Of a DNA stretch of 64,000 bases, positions 19,597-27,920 are shown piece by piece; positions within the stretch are counted from its first letter, which is position 1, and every line of letters starts with the position of its first letter. Under the pieces are notes generated by a model. That model worked only from the letters and a program-made list of their open reading frames with translations. It was not told where the DNA came from and searched no databases. The DNA comes from Nitrospirales bacterium (GTDB lineage Bacteria > Nitrospirota > Nitrospiria > Nitrospirales > UBA8639): positions 1,563,380 to 1,627,379 of the forward strand of contig OY729426.1 in NCBI GenBank assembly GCA_963422365.1, written 5' to 3'. The position numbers and the translations under genes were made by a program.

Positions 19597-22329
19597 GTGA
19601 ATCACGAATGTAAACAATCGGGGACTCCGCCTATCGACTCATCTCAGTCGAGTGTGTCCTCAACACAAGCCGTACTCCAGGCGCGACGCGAAGGCATTCG
19701 CCAACGATTACGGGATGGCGCGTCAGGGACGGAGGTCGTGTCGGATTTTGCCGCTCTCGTTGATGCGGTCTTGATCGGTCGTTATCGAAACGTGATCAGA
19801 CGGCAGGGCAGCAGTGCGGCTGCGGGCATGCCGCATTGTTGTCTCGTGGCGGTGGGGGGATATGGTCGACGCGAACTTGCCCCCTATTCCGACATCGACA
19901 TCATGATGCTCTATCGTGCCGGTGGCGAAAAGGCAGTTCAGGATCTTTCAAAGCAGGTGTTTCACCATTTGTGGGATTTGGGTTTTCAGGTGGGGCATAG
20001 TGTTCGATCGATTCACGACTGCGTGGTCGTCGCAGAAGGGGATTTGTCGGCCAAAACCGCGCTCATGGAGTCGAGGTTTTTAGTCGGAAGTCCGGCGGTC
20101 TTTCAAGAATTTCGGCAACGTTTTGCCAAGCGCGTTCTTGGAAGACGAGTGGAGAGTTTTATCCGTGAAAAGCTTGAAGAGCGGCATCAGGACTATGCCA
20201 AATTCGGCGAGACCGTGTTTCTCTTGGAACCGAATATGAAGAAGACCAAAGGCGGATTGAGAGATGTCCATTTGCTCCAATGGATCGGGATGGCCCGGTA
20301 TCAGGCCTCCACATTGCAGGAGTTAGCCAATCGTGGAGTCTTGGTGCACCACGATTATCAGGCGTTGCTTGAGGCAAGAGAGTTCTTATTCAAGGTACGT
20401 GCCTTGCTCCATTTAGAGGCGGGCCGTGCCCAGGAAATATTGTCGTTCGATGAACAAGTGCGCATGGCTCAAGAGTTTGGCTATCGAGATGAACCGCATA
20501 TGCTGGGTGTCGAACAGTTCATGCAGCAATATTATCGTCTGACCATGGGCATTCATCATTGTGCCATGCGATTTGTGGAGCGTGCACGCTCCGTGTCTCT
20601 CTGGACTCGCCTCAAAAAACTTTGGCCTTCTCCTTTGATCAATGGTTTTTTCCAGGTCGTCGATGGGAGACTGTCCATACGTGAAGAGAAACTCATTCAG
20701 GTCTTGGATGATCCGGAGTACCTCGTGAGTCTCTTTCAGGTTGCTCAAAAACAAAGGGTGACGATCGACGGACGGGTGCTGGAAGAGATTCACCGCCACA
20801 TGGGAAGCATGCCAGACCATCTGTTTGCTTCCCCAGCCGTGAATCGGCGGTTTCGAGAATTGTTGTCGGGACCTGAGGCCGTTGCCGAGACGTTAATGCT
20901 GATGCACCAAGCTCGTGTTTTGGAAAAACTGGTCCCGGCCTTTGGCCGTGTACGGGGACTCATGCAATTTAATCAGTACCACAAATATACGGTGGATGAG
21001 CATAGCCTGCTGGCCGTGACGCAAGTTGAGTCTTTAGGGAAGCAGTCTGGAATGTTGGGAAAGGTGTACCAAGACATTCAACAGAAGGATCTTCTGCACT
21101 TGGCCGTGCTGCTTCATGATGTGGGGAAAGGCCTCCCTGAGGACCACAGCGAAGTCGGCAAAAAGATTGCTCAAGACATGTCCGTCAGATTAGGACTTGA
21201 CGCACCAGAATCGCAGACCCTGGAGTTTCTTGTACACGCACACCTGCTGATGGCGAATACGGCCTTTCGACGGGACCCCAGTGATGAAAAAGTGCTTCTG
21301 ATGTTTTGTCGGGCCGTGAGCACTCCCCATCGATTAAAACAACTCTTGCTCCTGACTGCTGCAGACATTGCGGCGGTAGGTCCGGACATGCTGACAAGGT
21401 GGAAAGAAACGTTGCTGATCGAATTATATTTACGGGCACTCCCTGAAGTTTCCGGAGAAAGTGAACGGGGGGAATCCACCCGTGACGTCGAGCATCTCAC
21501 CAACGAGGTGTTGGCTGTCTGGCAGTCGCAAGCTCTACGCGTTGAAGGACGTGGCCCAGCAACCCAGGGGCGGTCTCTTCCGACCCGTGAGTGGGTCAAG
21601 AGCCAGTTAGAAGCCTTTCCGGTGCGCTATCTTTTCGGAACGGCCCAGGATCGCATCATAGCCCACCTGTCTGCCATTCAATGCTTGACTCCGGAACATC
21701 CCAGGGTCGAATCCACCTATAATCAGGAACTCAAGGTGTGTGAGTATTCGTTAATTGCCTTTGATTCCGTGGCGTCCGGGATGTTTATGAAGATGACGGG
21801 CGTGTTGGCTGCGAAAGGCCTGCTTGTGCTTGAGGCCCAGATTGTGACAAGACCAGACGGTATTGTGGTGGATACGTTTTTGGTCAAGGACCCTGATTTC
21901 AACGGCGCGCCGACGCCGGCACGGTTGGAAAAAGTGGGGAAGGCAATCGTCAGTGTGTTGAAGGGAGAATTCTCGGTCGAAGCGTTTATGGAACAGAATC
22001 AACGCGTGTCATTTCGTAGCCAAATGCCGATTCGCCAGCATCGCACCGAAGTCAAAATCGATAATGAGACGTCTGACCAGTTTACCATGATTGACGTGTT
22101 TGCCGATGACAAGCAGGGCCTGTTGCATGAAATAGCCAAAACCTTGTATGACCTCGGTCTCTCGATTCATGCGGCCAAAATCGGGACGCGGCTTGATCAA
22201 GTCGTGGACGTGTTTCACGTCACGGAACGGAATGGCAAAAAGGTCGAAGACGCCCACACATGTGCATCCATTCAAAAGAGATTAGAAGAAACAGTCGATC
22301 GATTTTTGCAATATGACAACTCACAGTGA
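19597..22329 (+). CDS. glnD: [Protein-PII] uridylyltransferase/uridylyl-removing enzyme GlnD
   Basis: Nucleotidyltransferase motif (GGYGRRELAPYSDIDIM), HD domain (LLHDVGKG) and two C-terminal ACT-like domains. 910 aa. Confidence 0.9.
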   Translation: MNHECKQSGTPPIDSSQSSVSSTQAVLQARREGIRQRLRDGASGTEVVSDFAALVDAVLIGRYRNVIRRQGSSAAAGMPHCCLVAVGGYGRRELAPYSDIDIMMLYRAGGEKAVQDLSKQVFHHLWDLGFQVGHSVRSIHDCVVVAEGDLSAKTALMESRFLVGSPAVFQEFRQRFAKRVLGRRVESFIREKLEERHQDYAKFGETVFLLEPNMKKTKGGLRDVHLLQWIGMARYQASTLQELANRGVLVHHDYQALLEAREFLFKVRALLHLEAGRAQEILSFDEQVRMAQEFGYRDEPHMLGVEQFMQQYYRLTMGIHHCAMRFVERARSVSLWTRLKKLWPSPLINGFFQVVDGRLSIREEKLIQVLDDPEYLVSLFQVAQKQRVTIDGRVLEEIHRHMGSMPDHLFASPAVNRRFRELLSGPEAVAETLMLMHQARVLEKLVPAFGRVRGLMQFNQYHKYTVDEHSLLAVTQVESLGKQSGMLGKVYQDIQQKDLLHLAVLLHDVGKGLPEDHSEVGKKIAQDMSVRLGLDAPESQTLEFLVHAHLLMANTAFRRDPSDEKVLLMFCRAVSTPHRLKQLLLLTAADIAAVGPDMLTRWKETLLIELYLRALPEVSGESERGESTRDVEHLTNEVLAVWQSQALRVEGRGPATQGRSLPTREWVKSQLEAFPVRYLFGTAQDRIIAHLSAIQCLTPEHPRVESTYNQELKVCEYSLIAFDSVASGMFMKMTGVLAAKGLLVLEAQIVTRPDGIVVDTFLVKDPDFNGAPTPARLEKVGKAIVSVLKGEFSVEAFMEQNQRVSFRSQMPIRQHRTEVKIDNETSDQFTMIDVFADDKQGLLHEIAKTLYDLGLSIHAAKIGTRLDQVVDVFHVTERNGKKVEDAHTCASIQKRLEETVDRFLQYDNSQ

Positions 22330-22776
22330 AGAATGCTGTTGTTGCAATATTTGCACTTGATCAATAATGGTTTGCATCATACGTAGATTAATGTCGTGGA
22401 TCAGTCGACACTGTAAGTGGCCTTTGGGATTCACAATAAGCGTTTCGCACCGATAGGCAGGAAGGGGAACGGCCAAGCTGAGTGTGCGACTCAGACGGCC
22501 CAACGGATCGACCAACAAGGTCAGATTGATGTTTTTGACCCGTTGATGCGGCAGCATGGAAGGGGCGATCATGTTGAATGAGAACGAAAAACGTTGCGGG
22601 CAGAGAATGAAATCGAGTGTGTTGACGATCGAAAAAATGGCTTCGACTTCACTAAAATGAAAGACGCTATTCAGGATGACCCATTGACCCTGAAAATCTC
22701 CCAAGGAAGAGCTTGTGAAGGTGCCATTGACTAAAGCAGGCATACGGTATCGGGGCATGGGATCTCCAATGTTCAT
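22321..22776 (-). CDS. Peroxiredoxin-like (thioredoxin-fold) protein lacking the canonical peroxidatic Cys motif
   Basis: IGDPMPRYRMPALVNG...GDFQGQWVIL and LLVDPLGRLSRTL...ETLIVNPKGHL align to AhpC/Prx landmarks. FHFSEVEA occupies the place of FTFVCPTE. Confidence 0.55.
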   Translation of the reverse strand: MNIGDPMPRYRMPALVNGTFTSSSLGDFQGQWVILNSVFHFSEVEAIFSIVNTLDFILCPQRFSFSFNMIAPSMLPHQRVKNINLTLLVDPLGRLSRTLSLAVPLPAYRCETLIVNPKGHLQCRLIHDINLRMMQTIIDQVQILQQQHSSL

Positions 22777-22824
22777 CGAGGCGCGCTCCTTATTTGTGAA
22801 AGTTAAGAAATGGTTGTCGGCCTA

Positions 22825-23844
22825 TCAGCCAGAACTTGCTTGCAAGCGAGGCGTTCCTTCCCGAAGGCTGGAGAAGATCATTCGACCGGCATTTGTTTGA
22901 ATGACACTGGTAACCACCACCTCGACGCGTTTCCCAATCCATCGTCTGGCATGATCGACGACAACCATGGTCCCATCATCCAAGTGCGCCACGCCCTGTC
23001 CCGCTTCTTTCCCTTCTCTCAACAGAAAGACCTTTAAGGATTCGCCAGGCAGTACGGCTGGTCGAATCGCGTTCGACAATTCGTGAGTATTTAAAATCTG
23101 TATGCCTTGCACGGAGGCAACCTTATTGAGATTCATATCGGTGGTCACGATTTTTGCTTTTTGGAGTTTTGCCAATTCCATCAATTTGGGGTCGACATCG
23201 GAAAATTGAGGAAAGTCGGCATCAATAATATGGACATCAATGGTCTCCATATTCATGAGGTCCTGGAGGATGTCCAGGCCGCGTTTCCCCCGAATGCGTT
23301 TATGGCCGTCTGAGGAATCCGAGATGCGTTGGAGTTCGCGAAGGACGAATTGCGGTACAATGAGCGGACCTTCAAAAAACCCAGTCCGGGATAAGTCTGC
23401 AATACGTCCGTCGATAATAGCGCTCGTATCCAAAATTTTAGGTTGCTGGCTTTGTGATGCGGAGTCGGCACCATATGAGACAGGAACAAAAGAGAACGTT
23501 CTTCCCATTCGGATCCCCAGAAAGGTGCCGATATAGCAAAAACCGACTACGGTAGCGACGGTTAAAAAAGAGGTGATCTCAGGACGCTGGAGGAAAATCT
23601 GTTGGCTGATGAAACTTGCCATTCCACTCAAACAGACTCCAATCGAAAAACCGGCGAGACCACCTAACATCTCACTCGGCCGCAGAGGAAACACCAGACG
23701 TTCAAGCCAGATCAACCCTACGCTGAGCCCTCCCATTAAGAGGCCACCAAAGAGGCCGTGTGTAGACGTTTCCGATCCTCGACTTGATCCAAACGCAAAT
23801 CCTGCCAGAACACTGCCAATGATGAAGAGGGTTCGCACAACCAT
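22825..23844 (-). CDS. Membrane-anchored PIN/TRAM domain protein (YacL-like)
   Basis: Four N-terminal TM helices, a PIN domain (ILDTSAIIDGRI...IVPQFVLRELQ...) and a C-terminal TRAM-like beta domain (VEVVVTSVIQTNAGRMIF). Confidence 0.8.
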   Translation of the reverse strand: MVVRTLFIIGSVLAGFAFGSSRGSETSTHGLFGGLLMGGLSVGLIWLERLVFPLRPSEMLGGLAGFSIGVCLSGMASFISQQIFLQRPEITSFLTVATVVGFCYIGTFLGIRMGRTFSFVPVSYGADSASQSQQPKILDTSAIIDGRIADLSRTGFFEGPLIVPQFVLRELQRISDSSDGHKRIRGKRGLDILQDLMNMETIDVHIIDADFPQFSDVDPKLMELAKLQKAKIVTTDMNLNKVASVQGIQILNTHELSNAIRPAVLPGESLKVFLLREGKEAGQGVAHLDDGTMVVVDHARRWIGKRVEVVVTSVIQTNAGRMIFSSLREGTPRLQASSG

Positions 23845-23951
23845 AAAACGTATCCTTTCTTAGGCATTCGTGAGAGGTAAAAAAGTATGTCCGAGATGGG
23901 CAATGCAAAAATTCTTTCTACATGGTGCCGTGTAAGGGCTTTGTGGACTAT

Positions 23952-24209
23952 TCAAAGCGTCGGGATTGCCGAATAGCCACAGGGGCGTGGCGTCAAGACG
24001 TTCCTCTCGGTACGATGGTTGATCTGCCCTGTCCGTATCGGAGGTCCGTTCGAGAGGCTGGGTCTGTGCTGGCCTGCCCCTGGCGTTGTACTCGGCCACA
24101 TGGACCAGATCCAAAATACCAGAATCGTCATGATGATCAATGCTAAGGAAACAGCAACACTAATGAGTGCAGCCTTTTCCTCAGAATGGAAGTCAGAGGG
24201 ATTCAGCAT
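23952..24209 (-). CDS. Hypothetical small membrane protein (doubtful)
   Basis: 85-aa ORF with one clear TM helix (AALISVAVSLALIIMTILVFWIW). No convincing SD and no recognisable similarity. Confidence 0.25.
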   Translation of the reverse strand: MLNPSDFHSEEKAALISVAVSLALIIMTILVFWIWSMWPSTTPGAGQHRPSLSNGPPIRTGQINHRTERNVLTPRPCGYSAIPTL

Positions 24210-24559
24210 AAGAATTTCCGAATTCTCGGTGACGCCGTTGCATGGACAATGACGATTTCTGCTGAGTACTACCTACGTCCCTGCGCTGGCACGATGACCG
24301 ATTCTCTTTTCGCAGGCCATCTTCGTGTCTGTAAGACCGCCATAACCCATATTATGATTTTAATTATGGATATCAATATCATAATAATAATCTATCACAA
24401 TGGACCTGTCTCCACCATGTTGATTTTCCGGTGAAACATGTCGATCTGCCGGTTTTTGGGGAAAATGGACAAAAGGCCCCAAAATGGCAAATGGCTGCCC
24501 AATCCCCCATGCAGGCTTGCGTTTCACCAAGAGATGAAAAGAGATGAAAGTGGGGCACT

Positions 24560-24650
24560 CTCTATCATCCCCGACGGGTATCATCGTGGGGCGGGAATTG
24601 TCAGCGAACGCCTGTCCCCGACGTTTTTAATTGGGGAACTGAACCATACA
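24560..24650. repeat. Palindromic mosaic repeat units (tcccCGAC...GGGGa type)
   Basis: 24610..24644 gcctgtccccgacgtttttaattggggaactgaac recurs almost exactly at 31420..31454 and inverted at about 56786..56815. A degenerate unit lies at 24566..24598. Confidence 0.8.
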
Positions 24651-24731
24651 GAAATGACGGGATTGGAGGGACGATCCTGAGCCTTTCTGTCGTCGGCAGG
24701 ACCGGTCGGAAGGGTGGCTTTCGCTCATCCG

Positions 24732-25013
24732 TTATCGCACACTTTTCAATTTCCCTGTCACGAATTTGTGTAATGTGCTCGAGATGAGGGTTTGGTAGGG
24801 CATCCCTTCCTTTGCTGCTCTTTTTTGAATGTTTGCTAAATCGCGTGACGAGATCCGAATATTAATGCGCTTGTCCTTCTGAAGGAAATTGTGCGCGGCC
24901 TCTTCTAATTCGCGCTTCGCTTCTTTGAAGTTGTTGATGCTTGTAAATTCCCCGTGTTCAAAATCCTGAAGGAGCTTCACTTCTTCTCTGTCTAAGTTGA
25001 GAGGGTTTTTCAT
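24732..25013 (-). CDS. brnA: BrnA-type antitoxin (ribbon-helix-helix C-terminus)
   Basis: INIRISSRDLANIQKRAAKEGMPYQTLISSTLHKFVTGKL is the typical BrnA/CopG-like C-terminus. A 4-nt overlap with the upstream toxin gene. Confidence 0.7.
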   Translation of the reverse strand: MKNPLNLDREEVKLLQDFEHGEFTSINNFKEAKRELEEAAHNFLQKDKRINIRISSRDLANIQKRAAKEGMPYQTLISSTLHKFVTGKLKSVR

Positions 25014-25279
25014 TTGAGATACTCCTTTGTCGCTTTCCTGCTCGGGATGATGGTTTTGAGAAATCGTGTTCCTTTCTGCTTCACGTATGGGACTAAGTAC
25101 ACGTACCCTTCCATGTTCAGAACAATGATTCTCTGATTCGGATACTGGGACTCATTGGGATGCCTGATGATATCCAGGACATCGCCGCTCTGAATGTGAA
25201 AGACGACATCTTCAAAACTTACGCCCCGTGTCTTCTCAAGAATCTCATTCTTTTTGTTATCCCAGTCAAATTCATGCAT
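25010..25279 (-). CDS. brnT: BrnT-family (DUF497) ribonuclease toxin
   Basis: MHEFDWDNKKNEILEKTRGVSFEDV... and ...TIIPSRKATKEYLK match the BrnT signature (FxWDxxKxxxNxxKHGVSFEE ... IISARKAT). The track ORF extends to 25405; starts at 25279 or 25291 are preferred. Confidence 0.7.
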   Translation of the reverse strand: MHEFDWDNKKNEILEKTRGVSFEDVVFHIQSGDVLDIIRHPNESQYPNQRIIVLNMEGYVYLVPYVKQKGTRFLKTIIPSRKATKEYLK

Positions 25280-25439
25280 GCATGAAACCATCTCATGTTG
25301 TGTGCCTTTTGTCAACATTTCGCACAATGGAGGGCCGTTGATGGCTCTTGATTGATCCTCCTGAGACCGCGCTTGGACCAAGGAGCGGTTCAGTTCCTGA
25401 AACAAGCAAAGGAAATCGAAAACCTCGACTCCGCCGGGC

Positions 25440-25640
25440 CTATCGTTCCTTCTTCTTGTTATCTTTAGGGGAGTTATTTGTTCGGGTGTTTGGGAAAAGC
25501 GAGGAAAGAATCTGAATACGCTTGCAGCGCTTGCATTTTAATTGCAATCCTCGAGGCCCTAACGTCGCAATCAGTTGCCCGCAGAGACAGCGTGCTTCAT
25601 GGATAGGGGTTGGCGGGTCTGGGTCCTTTTTCGTCATCAC
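25440..25640 (-). CDS. Com-like zinc-ribbon mini-protein (paralogue 1)
   Basis: RCLCGQLIATLGPRGLQLKCKRCKRI has a CxC...CxxC arrangement like phage Mu Com. The core is conserved with 46765..46971 through mostly synonymous codon differences. Confidence 0.6.
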   Translation of the reverse strand: MMTKKDPDPPTPIHEARCLCGQLIATLGPRGLQLKCKRCKRIQILSSLFPNTRTNNSPKDNKKKER

Positions 25641-25769
25641 CTGATACCTGGGGAATTGATGGTTGTGATCATGTGCGCGGATATTTTGCCCACAGCCTCC
25701 GGCAAGACAAAAAGCTCACGATTCAGGAGTTCGCGGAGAAGAGCTCTCAAGCATAGAAAAAATCAGGGC

Positions 25770-25964
25770 TCATTGGTCCCTTTCTTTTAAGCCTAAGATC
25801 GATTTTGAAAATGAACCGTTTCTGGAGGAAGGTCGGGAAGGAAGGCGATATTCCCTGCGGAGCGCGTGTGGGATGATGGCAATGTCGCAATTCGTACAAC
25901 GCCAAAACGTCCCAGCGGAAACGAGTGTAGTCTGACGACAACTAGGACAACCTGGTGTATCCAT
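25770..25964 (-). CDS. Hypothetical zinc-ribbon mini-protein (doubtful)
   Basis: N-terminus MDTPGCPSCRQTTLVSAGTFWRCTNCDIAI carries CxxC-N15-CxxC. The remainder is low complexity and the SD is weak. Confidence 0.3.
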   Translation of the reverse strand: MDTPGCPSCRQTTLVSAGTFWRCTNCDIAIIPHALRREYRLPSRPSSRNGSFSKSILGLKERDQ

Positions 25965-26086
25965 ACGGATTTCTCTCTCGATAACGAGGTCTTGATGAAA
26001 AACATACGGTCCATGTCGACCGTGAACGCGTTTATGCTTATCAGACGAGCACCGAAGAATGTCGTTCTTGAAGAACGTATAGCGCT

Positions 26087-26731
26087 CTAGCCTTGCTTAG
26101 CCACCCTTGTCGGACCTTTTAGCTGTTCGGCGACTTGCTGAATGGATTTGTCGAGCCATTGCTCGATGACCGGAGAGAGAAATCCTTTTCCATTGAGTTC
26201 GAAGTCAAGGCCGGCCAACATTTTGGAATACGGTCCCGGGCCATAGAGGCGATTCGAGATGACCAGCACTCTGCCGGGTTTATTGCCTTCTTCAATGAAT
26301 TCGCGCACTTCCTTTACTGCTTTCTTCCGTAACTTAGGCCAATCTTCCCGGACGGTCATGGCCTTGATGGCTTTCAGTTTCGCGCAATGCGGATCCTGTC
26401 GGAGTTTCTCGATATTGGCGTTCATCACCGACAACCAGTGTTGATTGCTTTCGTCGGATCCCGTACCATGAGCAAGAAGAATGACGGTTTCCTCTGAAGG
26501 GTTTTGACTGATCTCCATAATCCGTTCATGCAACACCTGCGCCACGTTGGCCTCTTCTTCGTATCCTCCGAAAGTGGAAAAAATTGCGGCGCTTCGAATC
26601 TGTTGGGGTGGAGTGCGGCCTTGTTTTAATTCATCGAGATACTCGTCGGAAAGCCCAAGGATGTAATCCGTTCTGGGTTTCATGGTATTGATGAGCCCGT
26701 ACATTCTTCCGAACACGATTTTCTTGACACC
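26087..26731 (-). CDS. Continuation of the CbiX-like protein in the same frame after the TGA at 26732..26734
   Basis: Codons directly after the TGA read GVKKIVFGRMYGLI..., completing the expected CbiX motif (L..G..kiv..P/..). A fourth half-domain follows (VILLAHGTGSDESNQHW...). Confidence 0.55.
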   Translation of the reverse strand, partial: GVKKIVFGRMYGLINTMKPRTDYILGLSDEYLDELKQGRTPPQQIRSAAIFSTFGGYEEEANVAQVLHERIMEISQNPSEETVILLAHGTGSDESNQHWLSVMNANIEKLRQDPHCAKLKAIKAMTVREDWPKLRKKAVKEVREFIEEGNKPGRVLVISNRLYGPGPYSKMLAGLDFELNGKGFLSPVIEQWLDKSIQQVAEQLKGPTRVAKQG

Positions 26732-27745
26732 TCATTGTTCAAGACGAGATACGGCATCTTGAATGATAGCCGTATCTCCCATGCCATACGCCAGTTCAAT
26801 TTGATAGCGGCGCGTAAGGGGTGCGATGATCTTTTCCACGGCGTCATTGTAAGGCTGGGTGGAACCGTGAGGCATAATGACGACCCCAATTTCACTTGCA
26901 GATGCCTCTAGATACTGATTCGCGGTTTTCTTGAGCCACAAGAGCAGATTGGGATGAGGAGCGATCTCCGATGGTTGAAAAACCACATTCAGCTTCTGAA
27001 ATCTACGTTGTATCCAGTTCGTCATGGCCATCATGTGATCGAACTTGACCCCAATGAATGCCGGGACCACCAAGGTGCGCCCTTGCATGGCAGCCTGTTC
27101 CGTGATGTGCGTGGTAATCTCTTTATTTTTTCCACGGGCTTGTTCCGCTTCACGGTGATAGTAGATGACGACTTCACTGTCTTGGAACGACTTATATCGT
27201 TGGATATACTGAATCAACGGTGTTAAGTCGTCCTTAATGGCCTGTTCGCTTTTTTCGTCACGGGCCCCGATTCCCACCAAAATGAGTCGTTCGTTTTGAG
27301 TCGATTGGCTGATTTCTTCAACCCGATCGAGAAGGATCTGACCGATCAGGTAGCTCCCTGCCATCGCCGGAGCCCATTCGATACTTAGATCGTCGGCATG
27401 AGTAGGCAAGAGGTCACGGACCGCATGTAGTTGCGGATCGGCAGCGGAAAGAAACAACGGAACAGCGACGACAGATGTCGCGTTCAGTGACCGTAATTGG
27501 TTCAGAGCTTGTTTGATGTAGGCCGTATACGCTGTCTTATGACTTCCATACTTATTGCCGACAAAAGCCAGGGACGCAGGATAATGAAGCTGAAATTCCT
27601 CGACCAGTTTCTTGGTTTCTTGATTCCCCAGAAACCCCCGGTCCGGCGCTATGACCAGAAAGCCGGGATGCGATTGTGCCGAAACGGCGAGGGGACCGAG
27701 ACTTATCATCGTAAGGATAAATAGAGCAGTCCACAGGTGTTTCAT
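26732..27745 (-). CDS. Secreted tandem CbiX/SirB-like (class II chelatase fold) protein, N-terminal part ending at an in-frame TGA
   Basis: Signal peptide MKHLWTALFILTMISLGPLAVSAQS. Repeated CbiX-like half-domains follow (...VVAVPLFLSAADP..., ...LILVGIGARDEKSEQ...LVVPAFIG..., ...GVVIMPHGSTQPYNDAV...). Confidence 0.6.
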   Translation of the reverse strand: MKHLWTALFILTMISLGPLAVSAQSHPGFLVIAPDRGFLGNQETKKLVEEFQLHYPASLAFVGNKYGSHKTAYTAYIKQALNQLRSLNATSVVAVPLFLSAADPQLHAVRDLLPTHADDLSIEWAPAMAGSYLIGQILLDRVEEISQSTQNERLILVGIGARDEKSEQAIKDDLTPLIQYIQRYKSFQDSEVVIYYHREAEQARGKNKEITTHITEQAAMQGRTLVVPAFIGVKFDHMMAMTNWIQRRFQKLNVVFQPSEIAPHPNLLLWLKKTANQYLEASASEIGVVIMPHGSTQPYNDAVEKIIAPLTRRYQIELAYGMGDTAIIQDAVSRLEQ

Positions 27746-27920
27746 TGTAGCCCTCCTTATTTTTGAAATAGCGACTCAATTTCAATTTTGGAGAGAACAT
27801 GGTATCAGGTGGGGGTAATGGTCGTACATGTTCATTCACCTGAAAAAGATGTTCAATGACCGGCCATAGTGAAGAATGCGGCCATACAGAGAACGGGGTG
27901 TCTGCTCAATCGGCGCAGCA

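Noticed and set aside
26690-26734. SECIS element downstream of the in-frame TGA of the CbiX-like gene
   Set aside because: I looked for a stable hairpin starting about 11 nt after the TGA (minus strand) and found only 3-4 bp pairings. Selenocysteine remains an untested possibility, not a supported call.
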